A DNA stretch of 61,950 nt, filler included, from 13 parts of 13 records of this genome joined end to end with filler, not necessarily neighbours in it, one strand, 5' to 3'. Counted from the first letter of the whole stretch, positions 12,310-24,882 are shown. Notes: a model not told the origin generated them from the letters alone. Numbers and translations: made by a program.

Positions 12310-15300
12310 ATGCCTCATAAAGGTAACAATTACTAAATAAGCGATTTTGTAATTACAGGGTTAGTTGCCCAGTTGGGTAATACCCTGCCTTTGGGCTAAC
12401 TCCCACACTACCCAAATTGATGAGTTAGCTGCTAATATCCTTTGAGATAAATATCTGCCGAGCCATTTTGATATGATACCTTCCCAAGTTAATTAGTCAA
12501 AAACCCCAGGTTACTAGTTACAATAACATCCCGTTTAAAACATATTAACAAAGGGTATTAGTAAATTAATAAGTCAATTTTCTTTGAACCATGAGCAAGC
12601 AACAATTTTCAAAATCCACCTGGTCCTTAGTTTCATTTTTGGATGAATTGTACTATTACCTGGGTTCGTTAATTAAATATAATTTATTATTTTTTAATTA
12701 ATTTGTACCCATCAAGTTTTAATTTTTTTAAAGTTAAATTAATTAACAAGATTTAGATTTAGGTCATAGTGGAATCAATCAACTGGGTGGGGTTTTTGTC
12801 AATGGTAGACCCTTGCCAGAAGAAACGAGAAGAAAAATTGTTCAATTAGCTCATTCAGGAGCTAGGCCTTGTGATATTTCAAGAATTCTTCAGGTCTCAA
12901 ATGGTTGTGTCAGCAAAATTTTAGGAAGATATTATGAGACTGGTTCCATCAAACCTAGAGCGATTGGTGGAAGTAAGCCACGTGTTGCTACCGGTGAGGT
13001 GGTTAATAAAATTGCCGACTACAAGCGTGAATGCCCCTCAATCTTTGCTTGGGAGATCAGAGACAAGTTGCTTCAAGATGGTACTTGTAAAGAGGAAAAT
13101 GTTCCAAGTGTAAGTTTAATTTTTCGCCTAAATTAAAAAGTTCTGAACTTGACATCTGCTGCAAATGGAAATTCCGAACTTATGGTGGCTCTGAAAATTA
13201 GAATAAGCTACCATAAATTCTGGAATTTATTCTTCAGAACCTTTGAAAATAACTATCCAAACGTCGTAATTGAGTCTATTTTTAAAAGTTAGAAAGTTTC
13301 CAAGTCTGAAGTACAGATTTGGTAACTGGAGTTTGTGGTGTAGCCTGTTTCTTACATTATTATTATAACAACAATATGCGTGCGGGTAATTTGCCCTAGC
13401 AAATTGAATCAGCATCGCAACAATGCTTTAGTCAGAAACATTAATAGCAATTACTTCCAAACATCTGAGCATCAACTGTATTTTACTAATGAAGCTTACC
13501 CCTTTAGGTGTCTTCAATCAATCGAGTTCTGAGGAATCTGGCAAATGTCGTTAGTGGAAAGGATGTGGCAGCAGCAGTATCTAATAGCACTGCCATGTCA
13601 GCTGCTGCTGCATACCAGAATCAGGAAATGTTGGACAGACTTAGGATGTTTAATGCAGCAGGATCAATGTGGGGCCAAAACCCTTGGTATAACCCAGCTG
13701 GTTCCACCACTGCTGCTTCATTATCAGAGAAATTGGGTGGAGGACATCAACCTAATCCATACCAAGTTGGTGATGATGGTTCTATTAGGAAAGGTCTGAA
13801 GTTTTTATTTTGTATAAAATTTTAAAATAGATGAATTTGTTAAATTGTCAAGTTAAATTTCTTGAAAAGATTTAAAAGTATCCCAAAAACCTCCTGGTTT
13901 AAAACTTTCGAATTAAAAATATCCCATCAATGAAGGTGTTTTTGACACGTTAACTTACTAGTATCTTCTCTTTGGGATAAACATTTGGCAGGTTCCCAAA
14001 CCCTCAAATAAAACCCCCTTTTGTTTGAAAGCATCACAAACCCCGAAGTTAATGAGGCTATTTTTACATATGGTACATTGTTATTGCAATATGTGTGTAA
14101 GGTTGTCTCTGCCTGGGAAGAGGGCATATATCCCACCTCTTACCTTTAGGGCTGTTATCTTTCTTCTCTTCAAAACTTTCCCTGACAGTAAAACACGCAC
14201 GTAAAATAGGATTTGTAAAATAATGAGTGGCGTCGTTATGTCTGGAAGCCCCATTGTAGCCTATGTTTTCACAACAACTTTAATAAGTTTTTATTATTGA
14301 GTGGTTGGGTATTATATTATTGGTTGGCTATGGGTTTTCGATGCAGAAGCACCCCTCCAGCCATCTATCCCACTAAACTCATTGCTGTTTGTAAACACCA
14401 CCAACTTTGTATGTGGTAATATGGATTTTTCTTTTACAACCCCTTTGATACCACCTTAGCACATTCTGCTCCCTAGGTAAGGAAGAGAACCTGGTATTGT
14501 TCAAGCTCAAGGGGTGACTGTTTTGCCTAGAGCCCAAAAGCCCCTTGCTTGTTGCCCAATTTTGCTCAATATCATATGGTGAAGATCCTGTAATTTATGT
14601 TGGTTGACAAATGGTACCTTGTTATTACCTGTTTAATATTAAGTAACTACGAGGGTTTTACCCACTTAAAAACTTGTTATTAGCCCACTTCCATTGTTGT
14701 TCTTTAAGGGTATGTTGAGGACTATTGCATAGCTTGTATGAGAGACTTTGCCACCAATTAGATGGCCTGCTCTTTTTGATCACAGTTAGTGGGCAGCTAT
14801 GGGGTGCAGAAAGGATATACCCTAACGGTATCCCTGTAGTGGGCTAAGTACAGCGGAAATTTGCCAAAAAGACCTTATAATATTGCATACAGGTATCCCA
14901 TCAATGCAGAGAATACACCCTCCTGAGTCCCTCAGGCAGAAAAACCTTATCTCCTGTTAAGAATGCTGACAGCATACTGGGCTATTGGATTCTCCCCTGC
15001 TCTGCCTGATCCCACCTAATCGTTGTTCACCCCTTTGATGTTGCATCTAGCACCTCGCTTACCTGCTTGAATATTTGTTTACCCTTTGAAGAATTTAAAG
15101 TTAATTTTAATACAAAAATATAACAAAAATTTAATTTGAAGTTTTTATAACGAACATAAATACAAATTCTGAAGAAATCTACCAAATACCAAACCTCTGA
15201 AGATTCAGAGATTTTCATAATTAACGAAGATTTTTTTTTTGTTTTTGAAAAAATTGTATTTTTACCAAAGAAGGAATTAATTTTAATAATAAGAAATTTA

Positions 15301-18193
15301 ATCCAACTTCTTAAGATTCAGAACCTTTTTGCAAATGCCAATGGTATTATACCATTTGATGGTGTAGAAATCTTGAAACATCTAAGATTTCTATAACAGT
15401 CAAAGGCTGATCCTCCTTAATCATTCACCCTTTTGATTGCCCAATTGAACGAACGAACGAATTATTGAAACTTAATGAGGCTTCAAATATTTAGCAAATA
15501 ATTTGTTAAACTTATAGTAGCACTTTAGCTCAAATAAGCGCATCTAAACTTGTTTTCTCCATGACTGACTTAAAAACATTGAGTTCAAGTAAATGTGTAC
15601 TAATACTTTAAACCAACCAAGATACCTCCAGATTTCCCTGGAAAGCAAGGATTTTTTCAAATAACAACTGAATTTAAGACATATGTATCTCCTTTGCATA
15701 ATTGTTAAGTGAAGCGAGAAGTTGTAGCCATGATTTTAAGAACAATAGAGCCTTGATAATTAGTCCATAAGAGACTACATCAAAAAATCACCTTTGCGTT
15801 AATAATCTGAAGTAGAATAATGAGTGATGGAGAGGAATTTTGCATCATGTCTCAGTAGCTGCCAGCTTTCTAGCTATTTTTCTACCCTTCTCTTTCTCTG
15901 CATATCAATTTAATAAGGGTTTTTGAAAAGACGATGTACCCATGTAATCGCATTAGCATAATTCAGCACCCTTCTCAAATCCTAATTACTTGCTTAAAAC
16001 TCTACCTACCTTAATAATAGTGTAGGTAAGAACTTACTTTAAACCTCATATGATGCCTGAAGCAATAGGATTAGCTTATACTGCAATAGTAGTTAGCCAC
16101 CTTCATAACCCATATGACGTATGATTTCGTACTTGATAATAAAGATTATTAACTCTAAAGCTTTGTCAATTGATGGAACCGCTTTTGAGACCTTTTGAAA
16201 GAATAATATTTTAATTTAGTAATTTGATATTGTTGAAATTTTAAAAATTTATCAAATTTTAAAAATTTACCAAATTTTAAAAATTTGTATAATTTTATTT
16301 AAAAATTTATAAAATTTTATTTTAACATTTTAAAAATTTATCAAATTTTAAAAATGTATTTAAATTTCATTCATTTTTAGTTGAAGAAAAGGATCCAAAT
16401 AATAGTACAAGTAGTGATAATGAAGGTGATGGTGAAGCTGCTATGAGATTGCGCCTCAAACGAAAACTCCAACGAAACAGGACTTCTTTTGCACCTGAAC
16501 AGTTGGATGCTTTAGAGAAAGGTAGCTACGTAATCACCTTTTAATCCGTTACTAATTGACTAACCATCTGCTAGGTATACATATGTGTGTCTTTATTTGA
16601 TCTAATTGCTTAATAATTCTTGTAGAATTTGAACGAACACATTATCCAGACGTTTTTGCGCGTGAAAGATTGGCTTCTAAAATCGATTTACCTGAGGCAA
16701 GAATACAGGTATGGTTTTCCAACAGGAGGGCAAAATGGCGTCGTGAAGAAAAGTTACGTAGTAATAAAATTGATACGGAGAACATGAGTGGTGGTACCAA
16801 CAACTTATCCAGCCATTCAAATGGCACGGCAGGAACGGTACCAAATAGGATTAATGGTGGACCTTTTCAGAGCACAAGTTACAGCCCCTCTTTCAGTACT
16901 GGTTCTCTTGGTACACCACCAAATATGGCTGATTCCTATGGAAGCTGTTATAATCCTTGTGGACTTAGTACTGCTTCTACTGCATGTCTACAGCAACCAT
17001 CAGCTGGTAGTGCTACCAATTATCCTTCTTTGTTATCTGGTAATCAAGATTGATTAGTGATAATAATAATTTAATAAGTTATTATTTGTTGACTAATTTA
17101 GGTGCGTCTCATAATCCGTATGATTCTTTTACTCATTTAAGTGGTTTTCCAAGACCAGCAACAGGAGCATCGTATTCACCGTATAATCATATTACACAGT
17201 CAACACCAACACATTATCCACTTCATGGACATCATCATCATAGCCATCAAGCAGCCAATGGTATGTGTTAATTCCTATATTGACAACAGATGTCAGTATT
17301 GTTCGCTGTCATAGCCTACCTTTAGTGATAATAAGTAGTTTAATGATCGTTTAAATATAGGTAAATCTATAACCGTGAAATTCTATGGTACACTGTATGT
17401 ATATATTATAATAATACTGTTACGTTACTTTATAATGTGTGATCAAGGGCTACGTCCTAAAGCATTGTAGACTCCAATTTCTGATTTGATTAGATTATAA
17501 TGACGCTGATACAGTTGAAGTAAAATCAATACGATAATATTGTACATCATTGTAACATACAATTCTTGCTATATGAAGTACAATGTATTACATGCACCAT
17601 ATTTATATACAGTGCTTATTTTAAAGTATTATGTGAAATTGCTTATATGTACATTGTACAATGTAACGCTGTACATTACGTGTTGCACGTACCGTCGACT
17701 ATACTTACGCATTACATATCTTGTATATAATATTATTGCAGTTTTAAAGTATTAGTTTACAATATAATATCAGTTATATTATTATAAAGTACCATAAGTA
17801 CATTATCTATCATATTACGTACAGACCTCTACTACAGTACACTACGTATATTGTGCGCAGGATGTATTGTACAATTGCAGTTAACTCACTATACGCATAT
17901 CGTATTGTAATCTACGTCGCGTAAATTATGACTGTACTTAACGCTTTCTATGTATAATTGTATGTACGTACTGCAATGCTCATCACATGTATTATACGCA
18001 TAATAGCGTCATATAAAATAAATTACGTTCACTATTATTCGTAGGTTTTGGAAGTATTCCATTCCAAAGAGATCCTTGTGGAATGTCAGATGTTTCATCA
18101 AGTTACTGGTCAAAAATCCAACAAACATATTCATCATCAGTTGACGGTCATTATAATGCTAATAATAATACCAGTAATGGCTCCCTCAAATGA
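12310..18193 (+). CDS. Pax6: Pax6 (paired domain + homeodomain), complete
   Basis: Exons 12310-12322 (MPHK), 12763-13109, 13508-13793, 16381-16521, 16626-17039, 17102-17260 and 18045-18193. Paired domain has the Pax6 signature RILQVSNG. Linker motif MLDRLRMFN, homeodomain LQRNRTSF...[36 protein letters not shown]-terminal SYWSKIQ. Confidence 0.96.
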
Positions 18194-19046
18194 TAATTGC
18201 AAATCAGCATACCAATTCATGTTCTTACATACTTACTACTCAACGCAATCATATCAGGATGTAGAATGTAACCACAATAATATTATCATAATTTGGGCTA
18301 GTTTTCTTCACAAATTCACTGATAAAGTATTATTATCATCACAAATCTTGCCCTTTCTCATCACCTATTGTGTTGTATTATTTAATAACATGATTATTGT
18401 TCCATGTATTATGTAATTTACGTTATTAATAAATTATGCGATTTTTATGTACTTTTTTCTGAACATGACCGCCATTTCTTTAAAGAAAGACTGATTCGAA
18501 ATAGTTTTTGTCTAACTTTTTTATTCATTTTTTAATTGTTTCGTATTTCAATGTACAAGTACGTAATATATTGTATATGATAAATAGAAAAAATATTGTA
18601 TAACTACAATTGTCTGGTTATTATGTATATGTATTGATGAGATTTTTATTATTTGTTGAAGTAAAAATAAAATAACATTTTGTTGACATTTGTAAGAGTC
18701 AAAATGTGACATTTATTAAAAGTTAGCTGGAAAACTTATTAAAACTTAAATTGGCGGTTATTTTACAGAACTAAACAGTCGACATCTTTTAGCCAAAATT
18801 ATCTTATCAAATAGCGATAACTTTCTTTGAATCATTACCATAAGCATCTGATTTGTAGAAACTGTGAATGGATAAAACAGTTCATCAGTAGTGTATTTTT
18901 AAAAAGAGTTCTTGATATTTGGCGCTTATTTTGCAAAAGTAAATTANNNNNNNNNNNNNNNNNNNNNNNNNNNNNNNNNNNNNNNNNNNNTTAATTAATT
19001 AANNNNNNNNNNNNNNNNNNNNNNNNNNNNNNNNNNNNNNNNNNNN

Positions 19047-19308
19047 AAAAAGCAACAGTTGCTAGAATAAGCATGTGGTATATTCCCGTTCCATAGCAAA
19101 AAAGTACTATCAATAGTCCTAAGACAAAATTAAGCCAAAGTCTAAAGGAAGATCCAACTTTTTCTGGCGTTAAATGTCTTAATAATAAATAGTTAATCGG
19201 AATTTGGCAAAGTTGCATAACCACAAAATTCAGTTTATCGATATCAATCGGAAGACCAAGTCCTTCAAGCACGCGAAATCCATGATAATGTTCACGAGAT
19301 ATTGTCAT
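19047..19308 (-). CDS. MBOAT2: Membrane-bound O-acyltransferase MBOAT1/2 (oysgedart-like), N-terminal exon, truncated
   Basis: LPIDIDKLNFVVMQL...HLTPEKVGSSFR..LNFVLGLLIVLFCYG resembles the recalled MBOAT1/2 N-terminus (LPIDQVNFVVCQL...GLYLALFCFG). Confidence 0.75.
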
Positions 19309-19792
19309 TTTTCTAAAATAAGCAAAGGATCATTTAGACTCAATAATAACGGCAGTCATGAATTACATGCTTCATAAACCTATTTAACATAAAAATCACT
19401 GTGTAATAGATCTAGATCATCAAAATAGAAAACATTCATGTTCATCATCATAAATGTTATCATGTTATCAATAAATTTTCACAGAAATATTGATAATAGC
19501 TAAGAGTTATAATAAATTAGTATTGTATTATTGTCAATAATACTGAATAAAAGGTAGTTTTGTACTGTAGCGCTAACATTATTAATGAATCCTAAATAAA
19601 TTGAAAATTACTGGCTTTGGTCAAATATAATCAAACGTATTTTCATTATACATAATATTCCAAACAGGAAAGGATAGATAGAACCGGTAATGTTCCAATA
19701 CATATGTGTGAAACTTATTCAACCAACGTATAATTATAATTAATTGCTATATAATTAGGTGGGGACATTTTCTTCAACTGACTAAGTAGTAA

Positions 19793-22700
19793 TCATTCCG
19801 ATTCTTCTTCAGATAAAGAAATTTCTGCAAAACCAATCAAATGTTCTTCAGATTTTTCACTGCCAGAATATGATGGCAATGAAAATGTGATACAATTTAC
19901 CGGATGCTCTCTATCCAGAATTCTATTAAGGTTGAAAGCCACTACAATCCTATCTTGCGCATTTATTAATCCAGCAGTATGCATTTCGTTTGTAACGCTT
20001 TCAGATGAATCACTTTTAGAATCATACGGAAATTTGATATCATTTAAGTTACTGGCATTATCACGAATCCTTAAACATAACTGAAATACAGAGGAGGAAC
20101 CAGCATCTGTGTGATCACCTTGTGATTCAGAATCTATAATACATAATAGCCATGTTATTATTATGTATTGTTATTCATTAGTGTTGGTCTGATAAAGTTT
20201 CGATATGAAACGCTTTCCATTAAAAAAGCGTTAAAAATATCGAATATCGAAGTTTCGATATTTTTAACAGTTTCGATACTTTTAACGCTTTTTTAATGGA
20301 AAGCGTTTTATATCGAAAATATCAAAACATTATCAAACCAACACTATTATTCATAATAATAAAGACAACATATCCTGATATCATTCATACGCGGTTTTAC
20401 AAAAAGTTTCTCTAGAACACATTTTACAAAAAATTTGAAAGTTACTGGACAATAAGTAAGGTCCTTCACGATTTTCTCAAGAGGACGGATGGATGTACCG
20501 GCGGCTATTGTAAAAGTAGATGTCATTGTAACGTGTAACTCTCCCCTAAAGTTTTACTATAGGAATAGAAAATTACGCCCATAGACTTTCACATTGGAAT
20601 ATTACGCCTATTGACTTTAACTTGAACCTCTATGTGAACTTCGCAGAGTCCATCGGCTTTCCAGCTATATACAATTTATAACATAGAGTAAGAGGGATCT
20701 CTTACTCTATGATGTATAATGCCTGTGAACAGCAAATGTTTAACCGCTAAATTAAATTAATGTTCTAAAATTTTAAAAAAATTTAAATTGCTACGAAGAC
20801 ATTATGTTTTTTTTTTCATGATAAAATTTGCTGTATTTAACCCAAGAATTATAGGCTACACCTGCCTTTTAGATTTCTAAATAATTTAAGGTAAAAGTCA
20901 ATTATTATAAATGAAATTTTGCTCATCATAGCAACCCTTCAGATGGGCATTATTTTCCATAGAAACTCTTTGCAATGTGCTTATAAATGGGTTAGCATCA
21001 AAACTTTTTAGCACACCCAACCAACCAACCATACAAGTAATCGGATACTGTACTTTGGACATACACCCCTGTTTTAACAGCATACCACATAAAATCTACA
21101 TTTTTAACATGGAAAATAACACTTTCAACTTGCAATACCATTATCCCATTGAGGTACATCAACAATGGCATCATTATATTTACGTCATACTTTATCATAT
21201 TTCACACTGTGATTCACAGTCTGTGAATCATCTTAATTAATAAGCATTCAATTTGACAACTACCCGATGTGTAAAGGCAAAATGACCACCGCAGGCTATT
21301 GTTCGCAACATGGTATAAGTAAAAGCTACTTGCGTCAAATTACAGATACTGTCAAATTTTGAAATTCAAAATTGACGAAGGTAAATAAAAACTGATCTAT
21401 AATTACAAATATCTTCATTTCCATGACGTTTTCATAATATTAGTAATACCTTCGTGTAATCTACGTAGAAAACGGTTTTCTGCGTAAATTGAATGAAGAT
21501 ATTATTATTAATATCCTTGAGATTACAGTACAACATATGTATACCATAGTTGTATTAATACAAATTGTATTATACAATATATTTAATAATAATAATAATA
21601 TACCAAAACCAAGGCGATACCTAAACCTGGTTTAGGTATCGCCTTGACCAAAACGAATATTACTTACTATATATAGAATGTACTAAATCTGATACAGACT
21701 ATTATACTGTATTACAGTAATAACAACTTGTTATTATTAACAAGGAAATTATTACAACGCATAATACTTTGTGATGCTGATTTCTCATCTTCTTTGGGCA
21801 TTTCATCGTCTGAATATATCCATTCACCAACTTCGTTTCTCCGAAGCTTTCCAGACTGACCAGGTACTCGTTTAACTTTCTGAGTTTTGGTTTCAAACCC
21901 AGGAAAATGTGGTAGCATTTTATCCATTAGGTATTTCTTATCCTTAGCTTTCTTAACTATAAATTCAGTTTTCAAAAGTTTTGCTGCCGACGGACGTTCT
22001 AAAGGTGATTTTGACAAGCAAGCATTGATCATTTTCCTAAATAAGAAGAAAATAAGTACCACCAGGATAGCAAAGTATATCTTGAAGATATTATCTTCCA
22101 TTGTTTATGTTCCCTATAGGGTGATTATACTGCACGTAGAAATTAACTAATAATATTCACGTTATTATTATTATTAACTAAATACATTTATACATGTATC
22201 ATTATTATTATTAATTAGTAGCACTCAGCAAGATTCCAGCAACTGGAACAAGGCCAAGTTTTTTTTCCTCTAAAATGTAACAAAAAAGTGACCAAATTTA
22301 TAAACTAACAGAAATGGTTGATGAGTTGTAAAAGCAATTATCAATAACATATACCCGGTATTATTATATTGGGCCAATCAGTATGAGTTCCAAGAAATCA
22401 TATTAGGTATACCATAAAATACGTAGTAGTACATTACCTAAAAGGCTTGCTGAAATGTTTGTATTGATCTTTGTATTCCTCTCCAGAATCGAGCGTAGGA
22501 GGCTCATTCTGCAACGTCAACATCAAAACCTTCATGGGAGGGTACTTAAAATATGGTGGGGACCCTGTTGCCATTTCAATAGCAGTAATTCCAAAACTCC
22601 AAATATCGACCTTTGTGTCGTATCCTTTTTGCTCCATTACTTCCTATAATATCCGTAAAACGTTTCAGCAACGAGAGAGAGACGGTTTACAAAAATTGCG

Positions 22701-23369
22701 AGAGTACCTATACCAAAATAATACCTACCGGGGCCATCCTAAAATATGAAAAAGCAAAATATGAGAATATTTTCGTTATAACCAATACCAGCATGGGGTT
22801 CCAACGAATGAAGTTCGTTCTTTGTCCCTTGTCATATCATTGCAAGAGGATCTCAAGAACGATGCCACACCAAAATCAGCTACAGCAACTGTACCATCAT
22901 CAGCTATTAGTATGTTGCCTGCTTTAATATCTCTATGTATCTGACCATTTGAGTGTAGATAGTCCAACCCAGTTAAAACCTCTTTTAACACTGTTGCTAT
23001 AACAGCTTCATCTTGAAAAACGCCATGCTTACAGTCATGATGCTCCTTTGCATATTTAATGAAATCAAGTAAAGACCCCTTAGAAAACAGTCGCATCACC
23101 AGCCAAACTTCATTTTTTACTATGAAGCTTGTGTGATATGAGGCCAAGTTTTCGTGTTGACATTGACTCATCACCTGAATTTCCTTCAAAAGTTCATCTA
23201 TTGAACTTGTTGCATTCATGTTCTCCAAGTCAATTCGTTTTATGGCACATTTCACAGAACGTGGCTTACAAAAAGCCATTTGAACAGTAGATGTTGCTCC
23301 AGAGCCAATTATTCCATAAAGCTCATAATCTTCACGTTTACAAGGCCAAGGAGATCCGGCAGCTGCCAT
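19793..23369 (-). CDS. OXSR1: STE20-family OSR1/SPAK (frayed) kinase, complete
   Basis: Exons 23369-22789, 22738-22729, 22643-22438, 22036-21768 and 20133-19793. Motifs [63 protein letters not shown], and a C-terminal CCT domain LRIRD...LNDIKF...LIGFAEISL. Confidence 0.94.
20179..20346. mobile_element. 168-bp palindromic hAT-type MITE in OXSR1 intron
   Basis: Termini TAGTGTTGGTCTGATAA / TTATCAAACCAACACTA and long internal inverted arms. Perfect 8-bp TSD TTATTCAT at 20171-20178 and 20347-20354. Confidence 0.85.
20682..20711. mobile_element. 30-bp palindromic insertion with near-perfect 8-bp TSD
   Basis: CATAGAGTAAGAG-GGAT-CTCTTACTCTATG flanked by ATTTATAA / ATGTATAA (7 of 8 identical). Confidence 0.55.
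21610..21646. mobile_element. 37-bp perfect palindromic insertion with 8-bp TSD (hAT-like)
   Basis: CAAGGCGATACCTAAACC-T-GGTTTAGGTATCGCCTTG flanked by ACCAAAAC at 21602-21609 and 21647-21654. Confidence 0.8.
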
Positions 23370-24116
23370 TAGATGTACGGTGCTCTCTTTATTAATAATA
23401 ATAAAATAAGCAAAGGTTGTGATTACGGTGCCACCGCTCAAACCACAAAATTGTCAACGAAGAGAACGTAATGAATATATTCAAATTCTGAATTTCAGAG
23501 GATGTTTTAGTTAAGAATCTAACAAAACAATACATACACATTATATACGCACAATACCCAGGTATGTACCTACCTACTGCAGTACACTACTACATATTGC
23601 CATTGAACTCTTACAGCCATGATGCAACTTGNNNNNNNNNNNNNNNNNNNNNNNNNNNNNNNNNNNNNNNNNNNNTTAATTAATTAANNNNNNNNNNNNN
23701 NNNNNNNNNNNNNNNNNNNNNNNNNNNNNNNGCTGAAAACTAGGTGTCTTATATAATATTTATATGCTATTTATTATATATTTTGCAACATAATTTTGAA
23801 ATTCTAGTAAAAGGTAACCTTTACCTGATAATCCATAATCAATGTTCGTGGAAATTCCACGGTGGAATTGCCCATATGGTTATGGTTGATACTTAACTAA
23901 GTTTGCAGTGTAAAAAAGACTATAAAATGTTTGTGTTTATTTGTGTTAGTGTGATAATTAAATTAGTTCAATTCACAGTCTTCTAATGTCACTTACTTAA
24001 TTTCTACTTTTCTACTGTTATTCTTATTGTTATTTTAGGTTTTATAAATCTTCTTAAGTTTTGTAGCATCTTCTTTTTCTGTAAGATTAATGAATTTAGT
24101 TTAGTGTGTAAACTGC

Positions 24117-24491
24117 ATGATGCCTGGAAAAGGAGGTAAAACAGCCAAAATTACTCCACGATCAAGATCTCAGAGGGCTGGCCTACAATTTCCAGTTGGT
24201 AGGGTGCATAGATTCTTGAGAAAAGGTAATTTGGCTGATCGCATTGGTGGTAATGCACCGGTTTATTTCGCTGCTGTTATTGAATATCTTACTGCTGAGA
24301 TCCTTGAATTGGCTGGAAATGCTGCAAGGGATCACAAGAAAACTAGAATTACGCCTAGACATCTGTTTCTAGCCATTAAAAATGATGATGAATTGAGCAA
24401 GCTTTTAGATGGAGTAACCATTGCTGAAGGTGGTGTGTTACCAAATATCCACTCTGTGTTACTGCCAAAGAAATCAAAATCTGATGAGTAA
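24117..24491 (+). CDS. H2A: Divergent histone H2A, probably a replication-independent variant
   Basis: [16 protein letters not shown]...[29 protein letters not shown]...GGVLPNI..VLLPKK. Solitary gene with a possible 5'UTR intron (23814-24038), AATAAA at 24762 and no histone stem-loop seen. Confidence 0.95.
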   Translation: MMPGKGGKTAKITPRSRSQRAGLQFPVGRVHRFLRKGNLADRIGGNAPVYFAAVIEYLTAEILELAGNAARDHKKTRITPRHLFLAIKNDDELSKLLDGVTIAEGGVLPNIHSVLLPKKSKSDE

Positions 24492-24802
24492 TTGTGATCT
24501 CGGGTTGATTGATGATCTTCCAGTGAAATTATTATAATTTTCTCGTTATTCCTTTTTTTTTGATTTTTTATTTTCTACGTTGATTTGTAAAATTTAGTTT
24601 GACTCATGAATTGCTGCTTACCTCATCATGACGTTTTAGGCGTCTCGTTTACTAACACTTTTGTTCTTTTATACAATAGTTGTCGTTAGATTGCCATTTG
24701 CATTATGCAAATTGCATATTTGTTGGTTTTGTAGCAGAAATGCTGTTTATAATTCAAATAGAATAAATTCGTTTGAAACACAAGTGCTTTCATACTGTTA
24801 GG

Positions 24803-24850
24803 CCAATCTTTGGTTGTTGTGGCAACTATAATGTCTTCCAATATGGCGCT
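24803..24850 (+). promoter_or_regulatory. Candidate RFX X-box promoter of WDR93
   Basis: CCAAT at 24803, GTTGTTGTGGCAAC at 24813-24826 (X-box-like), and AATATGGCG (YY1-like) at 24841, all within 80 bp of the ATG of a ciliary gene. Confidence 0.5.
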
Positions 24851-24882
24851 GTCCTTTACCAGATTTATTCGTTGTAATAGCC

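Noticed and set aside
16235-16370. AAATTTTAAAAATTTAT low-complexity array (similar tracts near 3725 and 45720-46060)
   Set aside because: A simple intronic AT-rich repeat with no spacer structure, so not CRISPR or a defined element.
20898-21240. Short overlapping ORFs in the OXSR1 intron
   Set aside because: No recognisable motif or coherent exon structure.
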